DNA from: Octopus bimaculoides
Lineage: Eukaryota
Assembly: GCF_001194135.2 (NCBI RefSeq)
Contig: NC_068994.1
Location: 683,599-747,598, forward strand
Length of the DNA: 64,000 nucleotides
Reading direction: 5' to 3'
The notes beneath the pieces were generated by a model, which saw only the letters and a program-made list of their open reading frames with translations, made no database searches and had not been told where the DNA came from. Position numbers and translations under genes: made by a program. This document shows positions 23,944 to 34,690 of the stretch, piece after piece (position 1 is the first letter of the stretch; each line of letters begins with the position of its first letter).

Positions 23944-24139
23944 CAGGGATTCTCAACCTTTTTAATATCTGGGCCAGATCCAAAACTTGGATTTTTTTTA
24001 GGGAACCACACTAAAAAAGTAAAACACAAATCAATTAAAGAAAAAATTATTATATTTATAAAGGGAAGACTGTTGGGGGCTGCTGGTAGGATGCTTGAGG
24101 ACTGCATGTGTCCCTGGGAGCTGCAGTTGAGAACTACTG
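23944..24139. mobile_element. hAT-like MITE
   Basis: Termini CAGGGATTCTCAACC ... GTTGAGAACTACTG; flanking 8-mers TCCTAAAC / GTGTAAAC are a plausible decayed TSD. Confidence 0.7.
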
Positions 24140-25347
24140 GTGTAAACTCTATCATTAATTTAGTTTCTTTTCACTACTAAAATATTTTAATTGTAAATTA
24201 GAGGCAATGGAGATGGAACCTTTAACAGCTTTTTACAGTAATGGACATTGTTATCGTACGACCTGAACAACAATTCACCTTTTATGACATACTGTAGTTT
24301 TCATTAGTCACTTCCTGAATTTAAATCAAATACATTCATACAATGATTTCTTACTCTACGTACAAGACAGTGGTGGTCTCTGTTCCATGAAAGCAATAAT
24401 CAATGTCAATAATATTCAATACTTAGGAGCCTGCTTCACGTTACTTTGCTTTACAAATACACAAAGGTGTTGCCTATCTCAGAATCTGTATAATTGAGAC
24501 ATTGTCTCTATTTTTCCAGTACCTTAGTGTATACAGCTGCTAAAGGAGAAAATAAAATCATGTCTTAAGCATCTGCTGGATACAAAATCTTAAATGTTTG
24601 AATTCATGTTTGAGTAACCAAGTAGGATTCCCTGAAGCAGATTCTCTTGAAAAATATAGTTAAAATTCAATTAAATTTCCTTGTTTTTAATTATTTCTTT
24701 CTAGAATCTCAAAGACATTATGCTAAGTTTTATTTTCAGTTAAGATACCATACTGCTACTAATATAAAACAAAATATTAAGTATACACATTATTAGAATG
24801 ACCATAAGAAGAGCTATTGAGGATGAGGAATTTGGGGTACTGTATCTTCATTTTTTAACCTTTTGCTAATTATGGGTTTTGAGAACACCTCTTAGACACT
24901 GTTGTTTTCAAGCTTGCTCAGAATAGTAGTATTTGTCAGAGTCCCAGCTACAAGTTAATCAACAAATCAGTTAGACAGATGGAGTTTGTTAGCCAGGGTG
25001 GGGAAGCCATCTAGGGAGAAGAAAACTCTGATTTGAAACCTCTGCTGCCTTGTGACCATACCTAGCTGTAGGAAAGGTTTTGGGGGTAAACCTTGAGGAA
25101 AAATTTGGAGTCAGAGCCCTGAGGCAGTTTGATGTCATCTACAACCCTTTTCTGGTCACTCTTTTCGTGCAACAATGCTGGTGCCAAATTTCCTTTGGCT
25201 CCATCAGTGATGTGGAGAGTGGGGACACAACAATCTGTCATTCACACTATGCTGTGAATGACCTTCATCCACGGTCATTAATGACAGAGGTTGAAGCCCA
25301 GAATATCTTTGGGCTTTTACTTGTATCTCAGTGATGTATAATAATAT

Positions 25348-25510
25348 TCATTATCATCATTGAACATCCATGTTTCATGCTGGAATAGGTTGGATGGTTC
25401 GACAGGATTTGACTGTTCCAGGACTGCATCATGCACTTGTGTCTGCTTTGGCATTGTTTCTATGGCTGGATGCTCTTCTGAACACCAGCCACTTTTCAAT
25501 GTGGACTGCA
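25348..25510 (-). mobile_element. (GAT)n-tailed SINE, minus strand
   Basis: ATCATCATTGAACATCCATGTTTCATGCTGGAATAGGTTGGATGG..GGCTGGATGCTCTTC. Confidence 0.7.
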
Positions 25511-26635
25511 TGCTTATTATGTGTCCCTTGCCTGACTTGAGGTTGCCATGCAGTTCATGGGACTGTGGACCCTGGGGGATGTGGGGCTCATGCTAGGGAA
25601 CGAAGGGGTTACTATGAAAAGTGGGTGGTGGGCAGAGCAGGTTCTTTTTAGAAGGGTCTGCATGGCTACTCACATCTAGTAGGAGAAAGGGGGAGAAAGA
25701 AAGAGAGAAAAGGAGAAAAGGCTTATACTGATGTTTTTTGATTATTTGATTCCAAATCACTCACTGATTAGGTTTAAAGTAAGGAACTTTGGATAGAACT
25801 TAAAATTATTTTGTATTTGGTGCTTCAAAGCAGAAGTAGATTCTCTTATATACAGCTGTTTCTGTTTCTCAAACTTAGTGTTCCCTGTAAGAAATAGTAG
25901 TGCCCATTACTGTATAGGATGTCATAGAAAGATGCACTGTAATTTTCTATATCTATGACTACATTATTATTCAATGTATCCTTTATTAAAATGGTAGGGT
26001 GTGATTTTAGGGAGATTTTGCTTGTATTTCTAGCAAGTTGAGCAACATGTACATATTTCTTCATTGGCTTGTGAGAAAGTAGTAAGATCCAATATTATTG
26101 ATGTCTGTTTTGTAGATCTCTCAAGTCAATGTAGTGTGCAGTTAGCTTGTAGATATGTTTAAAAAGACTGTTTGTAGGTAGAGATGTGTAATGTTTATGA
26201 GAACTTTTTGATAAGGATACATATTTTGGCCTTGGAGATGGTCACGTTGGTACAGTGGGATCTTTTGATGGAGATGATAGAAATGTGAGTCATGCACATA
26301 GGTTGTCAGAAGATGGATGGAACCATATATTATGAGAATAGAAACTTAGTTTAGATAAAAAGTCACTTCTACTTCACTAACATTAAGATGGAATATCAAA
26401 TGAAGATGTTGAAACTGTTTTCTTTTTGGGGGATAATTCATTAAATGTTGGACATAATTCTGTTGAGGAAACCTAACAGTATATTCTCCTCATTTCATTC
26501 GAAATACTATTTATTATAAATTACTCTAATTTTGATTTCAGAAAAGCAAAATCTGAGGTATATTTGTATGCCATCAGACAAAGTAATAATACTTGTGATA
26601 TTTAACATATCAGACGGGGATCTTTATTATTGAAT

Positions 26636-26830
26636 TCATCATTATCATTTAATGTCTGTCACCTATGCTGGCTTGGGTTGAATGGTTTGACTGGATCCAG
26701 TGAGCTGGAAAACTGTGTTGAGCTCTAATGTCTGCTATAGGCTAGTTTCTGTGGCTGGTTGCTCTTTCTAATGCCAACCACTTTATAGAGTGTACTGAGT
26801 ACTTTTTCATAACACCAACACTAGTGAGGT
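26636..26830 (-). mobile_element. (GAT)n-tailed SINE, minus strand
   Basis: CATCATTATCATTTAATGTCTG..TATGCTGGCTTGGGTTG..TTCTAATGCCAACCAC. Confidence 0.7.
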
Positions 26831-27214
26831 TGCCAAGCCCTCTCAACTGAGTGGTGTTGTAGTAGAAAGGGAGGTGGCTTTATGACATGTGTTCAGAGGC
26901 TAAAATATGAGGGAGGGTCAAGCAAAGGTGTCGAAGAGATGCATGAGGAGAGGAAGGGATAACTGTAGGGACCAAAAAGAGTGATCAGTGGGAAATGAAG
27001 TGGGAAGGGATAATATTGAGAATAAGGGATGGATTTTAAAAGAAAGTAGAGGAGGAGGTAACTGGTATCACAAAGGAAAGAAATATATGTAGATTGTGTT
27101 GACATATGATAACAGGAGCTGTAGGTGGAAGGGTGGTGGAGGATGCGTGTTAGGAAGATGAAAGGTGGGAAAGTTTGACAGGGACAGATTTGATACAAGG
27201 GCCAGCCTCATTGA

Positions 27215-27425
27215 GTGTATAGTCATAAACATTTGCTGTGACAAACGAGTATGCTCCAATGGAGGATACTAGCTTCATTCCTTTCTAGTCTATGCATGTC
27301 CTCTGAATTCAGAGCCCATGTCTCACTACCATGTAACATGGCTGTTTGTGCACAAGTGTCATACAATCTTCCTTTCACTTGGTGAGAAAGGCCTTTTGTT
27401 GCCAACAGAGATAAAAGCTGTCTGA
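27215..27425 (-). mobile_element. RTE LINE remnant
   Basis: ORF 27223-27405: KGLSHQVKGRLYDTCAQTAMLHGSETWALNSEDMHRLERNEASILHW. Confidence 0.85.
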
Positions 27426-27429
27426 ATTT

Positions 27430-27870
27430 TCTCCATCCTGTACTTATTCTAGCAAATAGAAGTGTTGGGCTTCATGGAGGCAAAGTGGTTGAGTTCCTTT
27501 CAAGTGTTAGGCCTCATGGAGGTAAAGTGGCTGAGTCCCCTTCTTGTGTTGGACCTCATGGGGGTGAGGTGGCTGAGAAGACCTATCAAACCGAGCAAAA
27601 TTGCAGTCATAGCAAATACTGGTATCACACAAATTGGCACCCATGTTGGTGGTACGTAAATGCATCCCGGCATCACACAAATGTCACCTGTTCCAGTGGT
27701 ATGTAAAAGCACCCATTACACTCTCGGAGTGGTTGGCATTAGGAAGGGCATCCAACCATAGAAAACCATGTCAAATCAGACTGCAGTCTGGTGCAGCCTT
27801 CCAGTGTGCCAGCCCAGTCAAACTGTCCAACCCATGCCAGCATGGACAACAGACATTAAATGATGATGAT
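27430..27870 (+). mobile_element. (GAT)n-tailed SINE with three internal 42-bp tandem units
   Basis: Units start at 27462, 27504 and 27546; 3' end AACCCATGCCAGCATGGACAACAGACATTAAA(TGA)n. Confidence 0.8.
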
Positions 27871-28285
27871 GATTTAAATGTAATCTATACTGTACTTTTT
27901 CATGGAGAGCATCCAAAAAGAAACATTTTGATACCTCATTTGTGAAATTTGGATGAATATTTTAGGAGAGATGACAATTTGAATGGTTAGTGAATCAGTC
28001 AAAATCTTGCTTAATTAGCCTAAATGAATAATTAGCCACATTTGTGATGTCATGTCTTTGAAACTGAGGTGATAATCATCTTCAAACTACACAAATTAAT
28101 AGTAACCATGGTATAGCAGTTACCTATTTTTATCAGGTTTTCGAAAGAAAACAATTTTTGTCAATTTTTAAAATATTTATGTAAAGCCTATTTTGTTACA
28201 TTACAAACAGTCAATTTTGCAGTGTTTTCAGATCTGGTTAAATCCCAAACCACAAAGACTGGAGTTTGGGCACATTTGTAGTAGG

Positions 28286-28740
28286 TACGAGGGATACCCA
28301 AAAGAAACCGGAATTTTGCAATGTTATTTTATTCACTTAGTTTTACCTGTTTACACTTTTATCACCTTCAAAGTATTCTCTACTTGAAGCAATGCATCGG
28401 TTCAGACGTGTTTTCCACTGTTCGAAGCAGTCCTGGAACTCTTGTGAACTGATACTTTTTAATGCTTCTATCATTTTATTCTTCACCTCTTCCATATCTG
28501 CAAGTTCAATAGTGCCAGCTTTCATCACTGTTCTTTCAGTTCATGACATGCATTCAGTTGTGACTGCTTATGATCTTCCTTGAGAAAGTGAGGCGCAGAT
28601 TTTGCTGCAACTCTTTTCATTTTTGCAATTCCTCACTCTAAATTTGTTGATAGGAGCTCCAGGACAAACCAATAATATCAAGTTCATCAGTTGTTCAGTG
28701 ACAGTTTTCCAAGATCAGTTCATGAACTTAGCTAGTGGCA
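28286..28740 (-). mobile_element. Internally deleted mariner transposon
   Basis: TA-CGAGGG terminus at 28286; C-terminus ADMEEVKNKMIEALKSISSQEFQDCFEQWKTRLNRCIASSREYFEGD; HTH-region remnant KVHELILE..MKRVAAKSAP. Confidence 0.85.
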
Positions 28741-28748
28741 ATGTATAT

Positions 28749-28749
<1 letters not shown>

Positions 28750-28781
<32 letters not shown>

Positions 28782-29210
28782 CATCTGTTTTCCATGCTGG
28801 CATGGGTTGGACAGTTTGACTAAAAACTGGTAAGCTGGGGAGCTGCACCAGGTTCCCATCTGATTTGGCATGCTTTCTACAGCTCGATGCCCTTCTCAAC
28901 ATCAACCACTCCAAGAGTGTAGTGGGTGTCTTTTACGTGCCAGTTATGAAACACTGGCATTGGCCACGATCTCACTTAGCTTGACAGGTCTTCTCAAGCA
29001 CGGTATATTACCAAAGGTTTTGGTCACTTGTCACTGCCTTCGTGAAGCCCAGTGTTCTGGCACAGGTGCCAGTTACATGACACTGGCATCGGCCACGACT
29101 GTGATTTCACTTGGCTTGACGGATCTTCTCAAGCACGGCATATCACCAAAGGTCTCAGTCACTTGTCATTGCCTCCATGAGGCCCAACATTTGAAAATCG
29201 TGCTTTGTGT
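28750..29210 (-). mobile_element. (GAT)n-tailed SINE/RTE 3'UTR with ~129-bp internal tandem duplication
   Basis: (CAT)n at 28750; duplicated units start at 28937 and 29066. Confidence 0.8.
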
Positions 29211-29584
29211 TCTTGAGCAAAACATTTCATCTCATGTTGTCCTGTGCACCTGTTAAGACAATGTCGATTTGATGGAGAGAGTGAGCTAATGCGCAGCACA
29301 TACATTTGATCACTATAGACAAATCATTTGTGCAGGTCATTTGGTAAAAGCTGAACACCCATATGTCGTCTTTGATGGGAGAGAGTCCATCATATATATA
29401 TAACCTAGATGTATATTGATTAACACATCCAACTTAACTTGACTGTGCTGTTTTGAACATCATTGGCTGTAGTAACTGTCCTGAGTAATCATCTTATATA
29501 AACACTAGGTGTTATAAAACGAACAGAATATGTGGTAACTAATATTTGTTACAAAGGCTGCTTTGTAATTTAAGCCCATCTTAA

Positions 29585-29830
29585 ATTCCCGTTATTGTCT
29601 GGAGTACTATGATGAACAAGAGGGGGCTGAGGACTGATCCTTGGTGAACTGCTACTTGTACCCTGAATTCATTGCTATACTCATTGCTGACCATCACCTT
29701 ACTAACAGCATCCCTGTACATGGCTTGTACAGCTCTCACCAACCACTTGTCTATCCCTAGTTTCCACACTGACCACCAGATAGGGGAGTGGGGGATCCTG
29801 TCAAAGATTTTTCTCCATGTCAACAATAAA
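29585..29830 (-). mobile_element. RTE reverse-transcriptase fragment
   Basis: KIFDRIPHSPIWWSVWKLGIDKWLVRAVQAMYRDAVSKV..VAVHQGSVLSPLLFIIVL (RT motifs 3-4). Confidence 0.9.
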
Positions 29831-30044
29831 CACACACACACACAANNNNNNNNNNATATATATATATATATATATAAATAATATACGACATAACGTATAC
29901 TGAGTGTAAAACACAGAAGGGCCCTAATTCTTCATCAGTTGTTAACCAATTGCTAATACAGGCGTACCTCACCCTACATCATTAATTGGTTCCCAGAGAC
30001 ACAACTTACATCGAAAATTGACTTAAGTTGAATTAACTTGTCTC

Positions 30045-30427
30045 TGGTGGAATATTCCCATCAAAACTTCTGTTAAATGTAAGCACAACAGGCCAGATAT
30101 TGTTGTTTGGGACAGAGGGGCAAAGGTATGCACCATCAGAGAGGTTAGCTGTCTTCACATATAAATATTTCTTTGAAAATCAAAGAAAAAGAGGATATCT
30201 GTGGACAACTGCTTTGAAACCTTCTGCTTCTATATCCAGACCATGAATTCATCTTCATACCAATAATAATTGATGCACTAGGTTTTGTTAGTAAATGTTG
30301 AAAGGAGAATCTGGATAAACTGGGATTTTCAGAAAGAGAAATTGACCGGCTGATCCATACATTACAAGTCCAATCTGTGAGTGGAACAGTAAAAATATGC
30401 AAAACTTTTCTCAAGTTCCAAATGTGA
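30045..30427 (+). mobile_element. 3' end of a REL-endonuclease non-LTR retrotransposon (R4/NeSL-like)
   Basis: WWNIPIKTSVKCKHNRPDIVVWDRGAKVCTIREVSC then, after a frameshift, KIKEKEDI..YPDHEFIFIPIIIDALG..SGTVKICKTFLKFQM*: PD..D..E..K REL core. Confidence 0.8.
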
Positions 30428-30526
30428 ATTTGTCTGTGTTAACTACATCCCAAAGATGAAGCCTTGTATCTTTGTTGGAAACCGGCTCCCTCCTCAGTGG
30501 AAGATTTATAATAATTTAAAAAATAC

Positions 30527-30570
30527 TAGATAGATAGATAGATAGATATATACATACATACATACATACA

Positions 30571-30601
<31 letters not shown>

Positions 30602-30612
30602 TTATTTATTTA
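30527..30612. repeat. Compound (TAGA)n(TACA)n(TATT)n tetranucleotide microsatellite
   Basis: Directly visible. Confidence 0.95.
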
Positions 30613-31028
30613 TCATATATCACATCTTAATTCTGCCATATCGCCAAAAGGCCTTCCATGTATGCAAATACTTGTGTTATATATTTATGCTTTTGTTGCT
30701 GTTCTTTTACATTTTATATATTTTCTGATTCTCCTCATAACTCATCCTTTTTACCATTCTGTCTGAAGACCCTGTTTTTATTGTACTTGTCTTATTCTGT
30801 CCTTCATATTCATACATTTATACCCCCAGCAGCATTTTGCCATTGATGTTACCAAACTGAACAATATCATTGATAAGGTATTGAAATTGTGATGATATTT
30901 GGTTGTTAAACAAATGAGACAAGAGAAGAGCATGTCCATGTCCTTGTGTATTTTTTCCTGTTTCCTCTTTTGTCGACCTCATGTACAGCATTTTATTATC
31001 TGTCTGTCTATCTATTTATCTCTGTGTG

Positions 31029-31300
31029 ATCATCATCATCATCATCATTTTAATATCCACTTTCCACGCCTGCTTTGGTGGACCAGAATTTGTTGGAATG
31101 GATTTTCTATGGCTAGATGCCTCTTCTGTTGCCAACTCTCACCTGTTTCCAGTTAAGGTAATATTTCCCCATGACCGAAAGTGATGTCATTCATTTCCAA
31201 TTTTCCATGGGAAATACAAAAAACAAATGACACCACTTGCATGATGATGACACATGCTTACAACCACCATGTGATGTCAAGACAGTGAACACCCTTCCAT
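31029..31300 (-). mobile_element. (GAT)n-tailed SINE, minus strand
   Basis: (CAT)n-TTTAATATCCACTTTCCACGCC..GGCTAGATGCCTCTTCTGTTGCCAAC. Confidence 0.65.
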
Positions 31301-32194
31301 GACAGGCTTCCTTTCAATTTATGTCTACCAAATCCACCTGCAAGGCTTTGGTTGGCTTGGGGCTATAGTACATGACACTTGGCCCAGGTGCCACATACTA
31401 GGATTGAACTTGAAACTATGTAGGTGGGAAGCACACTTCACACACACGTGTGTGTGTGTATCATTTCTTGGTTTAGCTATGGTTTATCAGTGTGGTGTTT
31501 TTGGGTGTTTGGAAAATAGGTTAGTTAGAAGGATATATCAATCAAAATGCTTGTAGCAGATTTTGGGGTATGGCTGGTGGCTATTTGCATTGATTTAGAG
31601 TAGGTTGAACCTGTGAGAAGATTTGATGAACTAGTGAAGTAGAGATGCAGATGTGACTCCTGTAAACTTTCCTCTATGTGATGGCACTGGCGTTTTTACC
31701 TGGTTTTATGTGAATGTGATGAGACTTGTGTATACTTTGGTGTGTGTAGGTTATGGTTGTAAAGATGATAAGTAGAGAAACCTTTTTGGAGTTGTAGGTG
31801 GGACAATAGATTAGTGACATTTAAAATAAAGAAAATATTCCTTTTTAACATTTAGAATATATGATGAATGTTAAATATGAGGTTCAACTAGATTTATGTT
31901 TTAATTTAGTAACAATTTTCTTATTTCTTTCTAGCTTTATCTGGAAGAAGTGGCAGTGGCCCATGGTCTTTGAGGGTTGTCCAAGACTGGTGAGATTGAT
32001 GATGTTAAAGTTCTGTTTTAACTGTTGCAAGTCTATGAGTACAGGAAAGAAATGCATGGTATTCCTGAGGACTGACATTCTGAAGAGTAGATAATGGTTA
32101 GTATGGGGGCCTTGGATGGGGTTTAAACACAACATGGTTAATGAGAGGAAGAGAGGAGATGAGTGGGTCATGGATCACCTGATAAGAGGTGACC

Positions 32195-33505
32195 TACGAA
32201 GTTTTGAGACTCTACTTTAGGAGAGGTCATTATAGCTGTCCAAGATTATTGTAATTTTAGTCTATTATTACTATACATCTAATAAGCTGACCTGCCAACT
32301 TTTGTTATTCCAGATTGAAGCACTTTGGACACATCCTACTGAATACTGCTTGCTACAGCCTCCTTCATCTTCTCAATGTCTTCGAAACGACTGCCCCAGA
32401 CATTCTCTTTCAGGTTGGGGAGCAACTAAAAGACTTAAGGAGCAAGGTCTGGACTGTTGGGAGAGCGAGGATAGTTTTCATGCCCATCTCTGTCAAGTTG
32501 TTGTTTATCAGGATGCTTGTCACTGAGCACCCTGGCAACAAACTTTGCACAAATTTTGCACATGTTTAGATCTCTATGAATAGATCTGTGTACAGTTGCC
32601 ACATCAACTACAGATTGTAAGTTTACTGTCTTTTTAGACACAAAACCGTCTTCATCTAGAAAATTGCGAATTTTCTTGACCAACTCTGATGTTCTTTTAT
32701 CCCTCTCTCTCCCCCACTCCTCTCATTGTCTCTCACCTCCTCTCCACTGTTTTTTTTAACCTCTTTTGTGCTAGCATGAACACATGAACACAAACATGGA
32801 CGCTCACTAAAGCCTTGAAAAAGCAGTTGGATGGTTGTTATATGAGGATGTTTAGAATGGTTTTCTTAATGTCTCCTGGGAGAGTCATACAACAAATGCC
32901 AACTCATTCCAGGGATTACCAAAAGTAACATTGAAGATACAGCATAGAAGGATGAGGTTAGCTGGACACTGCATCAGACACACCGATGAAGTTGCTAACG
33001 AGCTAGTGCTCTAACAATCAAGAGAAGGAAGAACTAGGAGAGGAAGGAGGAAGATGACCCGTATCGAGAACTTGCTGGAGGATATTTGTATAGAAGGGGT
33101 ACAGGAGCTGAGGACCATTATGGAAGATCGAGATGAATGGGGGAAATGTGTGGAAACAGTCTTGGGGCGTACTGAGGGACGACCTAGATAGAGATAGGTT
33201 GATTGTGCCAGCAAAAAAAGTTAATCCATAAGCAGTACGGTGCCTTTCATAAGTTTCTGTTGCATTTTTTCCCACTTTAATACAAAACTCTATTGCATAG
33301 TCAGCTACTAAATATTCTGACAGCATTCTGCAGACTAGTTAGCTATGACAAACAGTGTTAAGTAGGGTATGTTCAAAGTGCTGATACAGCCATCTCCTTC
33401 AATCTGGAATAACAAAAATTGGCAGGTCAGCTTATTAGATATATAGTAATAATATACTAAAATTATAATAATCTATGTGTCTCTTCTAAAAAGTCTCAAC
33501 ACTAC
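32195..33505 (-). mobile_element. Deleted mariner-family element with long inverted termini
   Basis: N-terminus YAIEFCIKVGKNATETYERHRTAYG (33230-33326); VKKIRNF..DLNMCKICAKFVARVLS and YPRSPNSPDLAP (32435-32683); inverted repeats 32243-32320 / 33397-33474. Confidence 0.85.
32795..33200 (+). mobile_element. RTE-superfamily LINE 3' fragment nested in the mariner
   Basis: TWTLTKALKKQLDGCY..LPKVTLKIQHRRMRLAGHCIRH..REGRTRRGRRK..EDRDEW. Confidence 0.8.
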
Positions 33506-33599
33506 TGGAATGCCCCTCTTTTTGATCTGATAGTTCGGAACAGCAGAGTCTACCATAATGGAGGTAGAAAAGAGAGAGAAGAAACAGTGTGTATGGGTC

Positions 33600-34690
33600 A
33601 GAGGCTGGAATATGCTTGTGAGTGCCAGTTAGTTGAGTGGCCTTTCTCTGGATGGGGTTTAGGATGTTTGTGTATGTGGTAGCAGCATGGTCTCAGCTGT
33701 GCAAGCAGTTCTCCTTTCTCAATTTAGCCTTAGCTTTGTAGAACCTTAATAATTGTTGTGGACTGAAGGGAAGGACCAGTTTTTGAGATGTGGTCCTAGA
33801 TATGTTAAGGTCATGTTTTCACCATGGCAGATCCTCAGTGACAGTGAGGCCAATCATTTGAAATAGTCACAAATGGCAATAATGGTGTGCTGCTAATGTT
33901 GAAATGCAGTGAGGTGTAGTGATGTCTTTTTGGTATGAAGAGTGGCACAAGGCCGACACGACACCATTGCAAGATGCCTTTGAGGTCTTTGTTAATGATG
34001 TCTGTGAAGATGTGGTATGGGATGTCTAGATTGCATGTGGATGACATGTGGGGAAGTTTTGAGAAGAATAGAAAGTGGTATCGCCTGTGTAACAGTAGCC
34101 ATTGCAAAACCTAATGCAAGTAGATCAGTAATGTACAGGAAGAAAACTTAACGCTGGGGTACACCAGAGTCGATAGAGTGAAGGTCAATGAAAATTCCAA
34201 AACAGGCTGCAATAATGTAATTTGAATGTATCTGAAGATTAGAGCTCTTAGATTATCAGTTTTGATGAGAGATTCACATGCAGGTTGCTTTACTGATGTT
34301 GAGATCAAAGGTACTGCATTTACCAAATTTCTCAAGGGCAAGAGACCACTGATGAGTGATACAGAGAAAAGGTCACCACTATATCTAGCTTTGTGAGAGC
34401 TGTTTTAGAAGGGGAAGTATTGAGAAGAGGGAGAGAGAGAGAGAGAGAAGGAGAGAGAGAGAGAGAGAAGGAGAGAGAGAGAGAGAGAGAGAGAGAGTTG
34501 TAGGCTATCATTGTTTGTGGCTCTCCCTCTTCTAAGGTAGTACAAATGAGAGTGAATACTGTAATTGGCAGGTTTAGAGGGGTTGCTTTTCTTTAGAATG
34601 GGGCATATATTTCTGAAGATTGGGGTCTCTCCCTGTAGAAAGAGAGATTTAGGAGTATTTTCTAAAACAAACTTTATCTTGTCGGAAACA
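33600..34690 (-). mobile_element. Decayed CR1/Jockey-like LINE RT remnant interrupted by (GA)n
   Basis: NICPILKKSNPSKPANY (RT-upstream P..K.....P.NYRPI) and INKDLKGILQW (LN.DL..I..W). Confidence 0.65.

Noticed and set aside
27462-27580. Regularly spaced 42-bp units resembling a CRISPR array or repeat protein
   Set aside because: Eukaryotic context, contiguous degenerate units with no unique spacers, no cas genes, and located inside a SINE.
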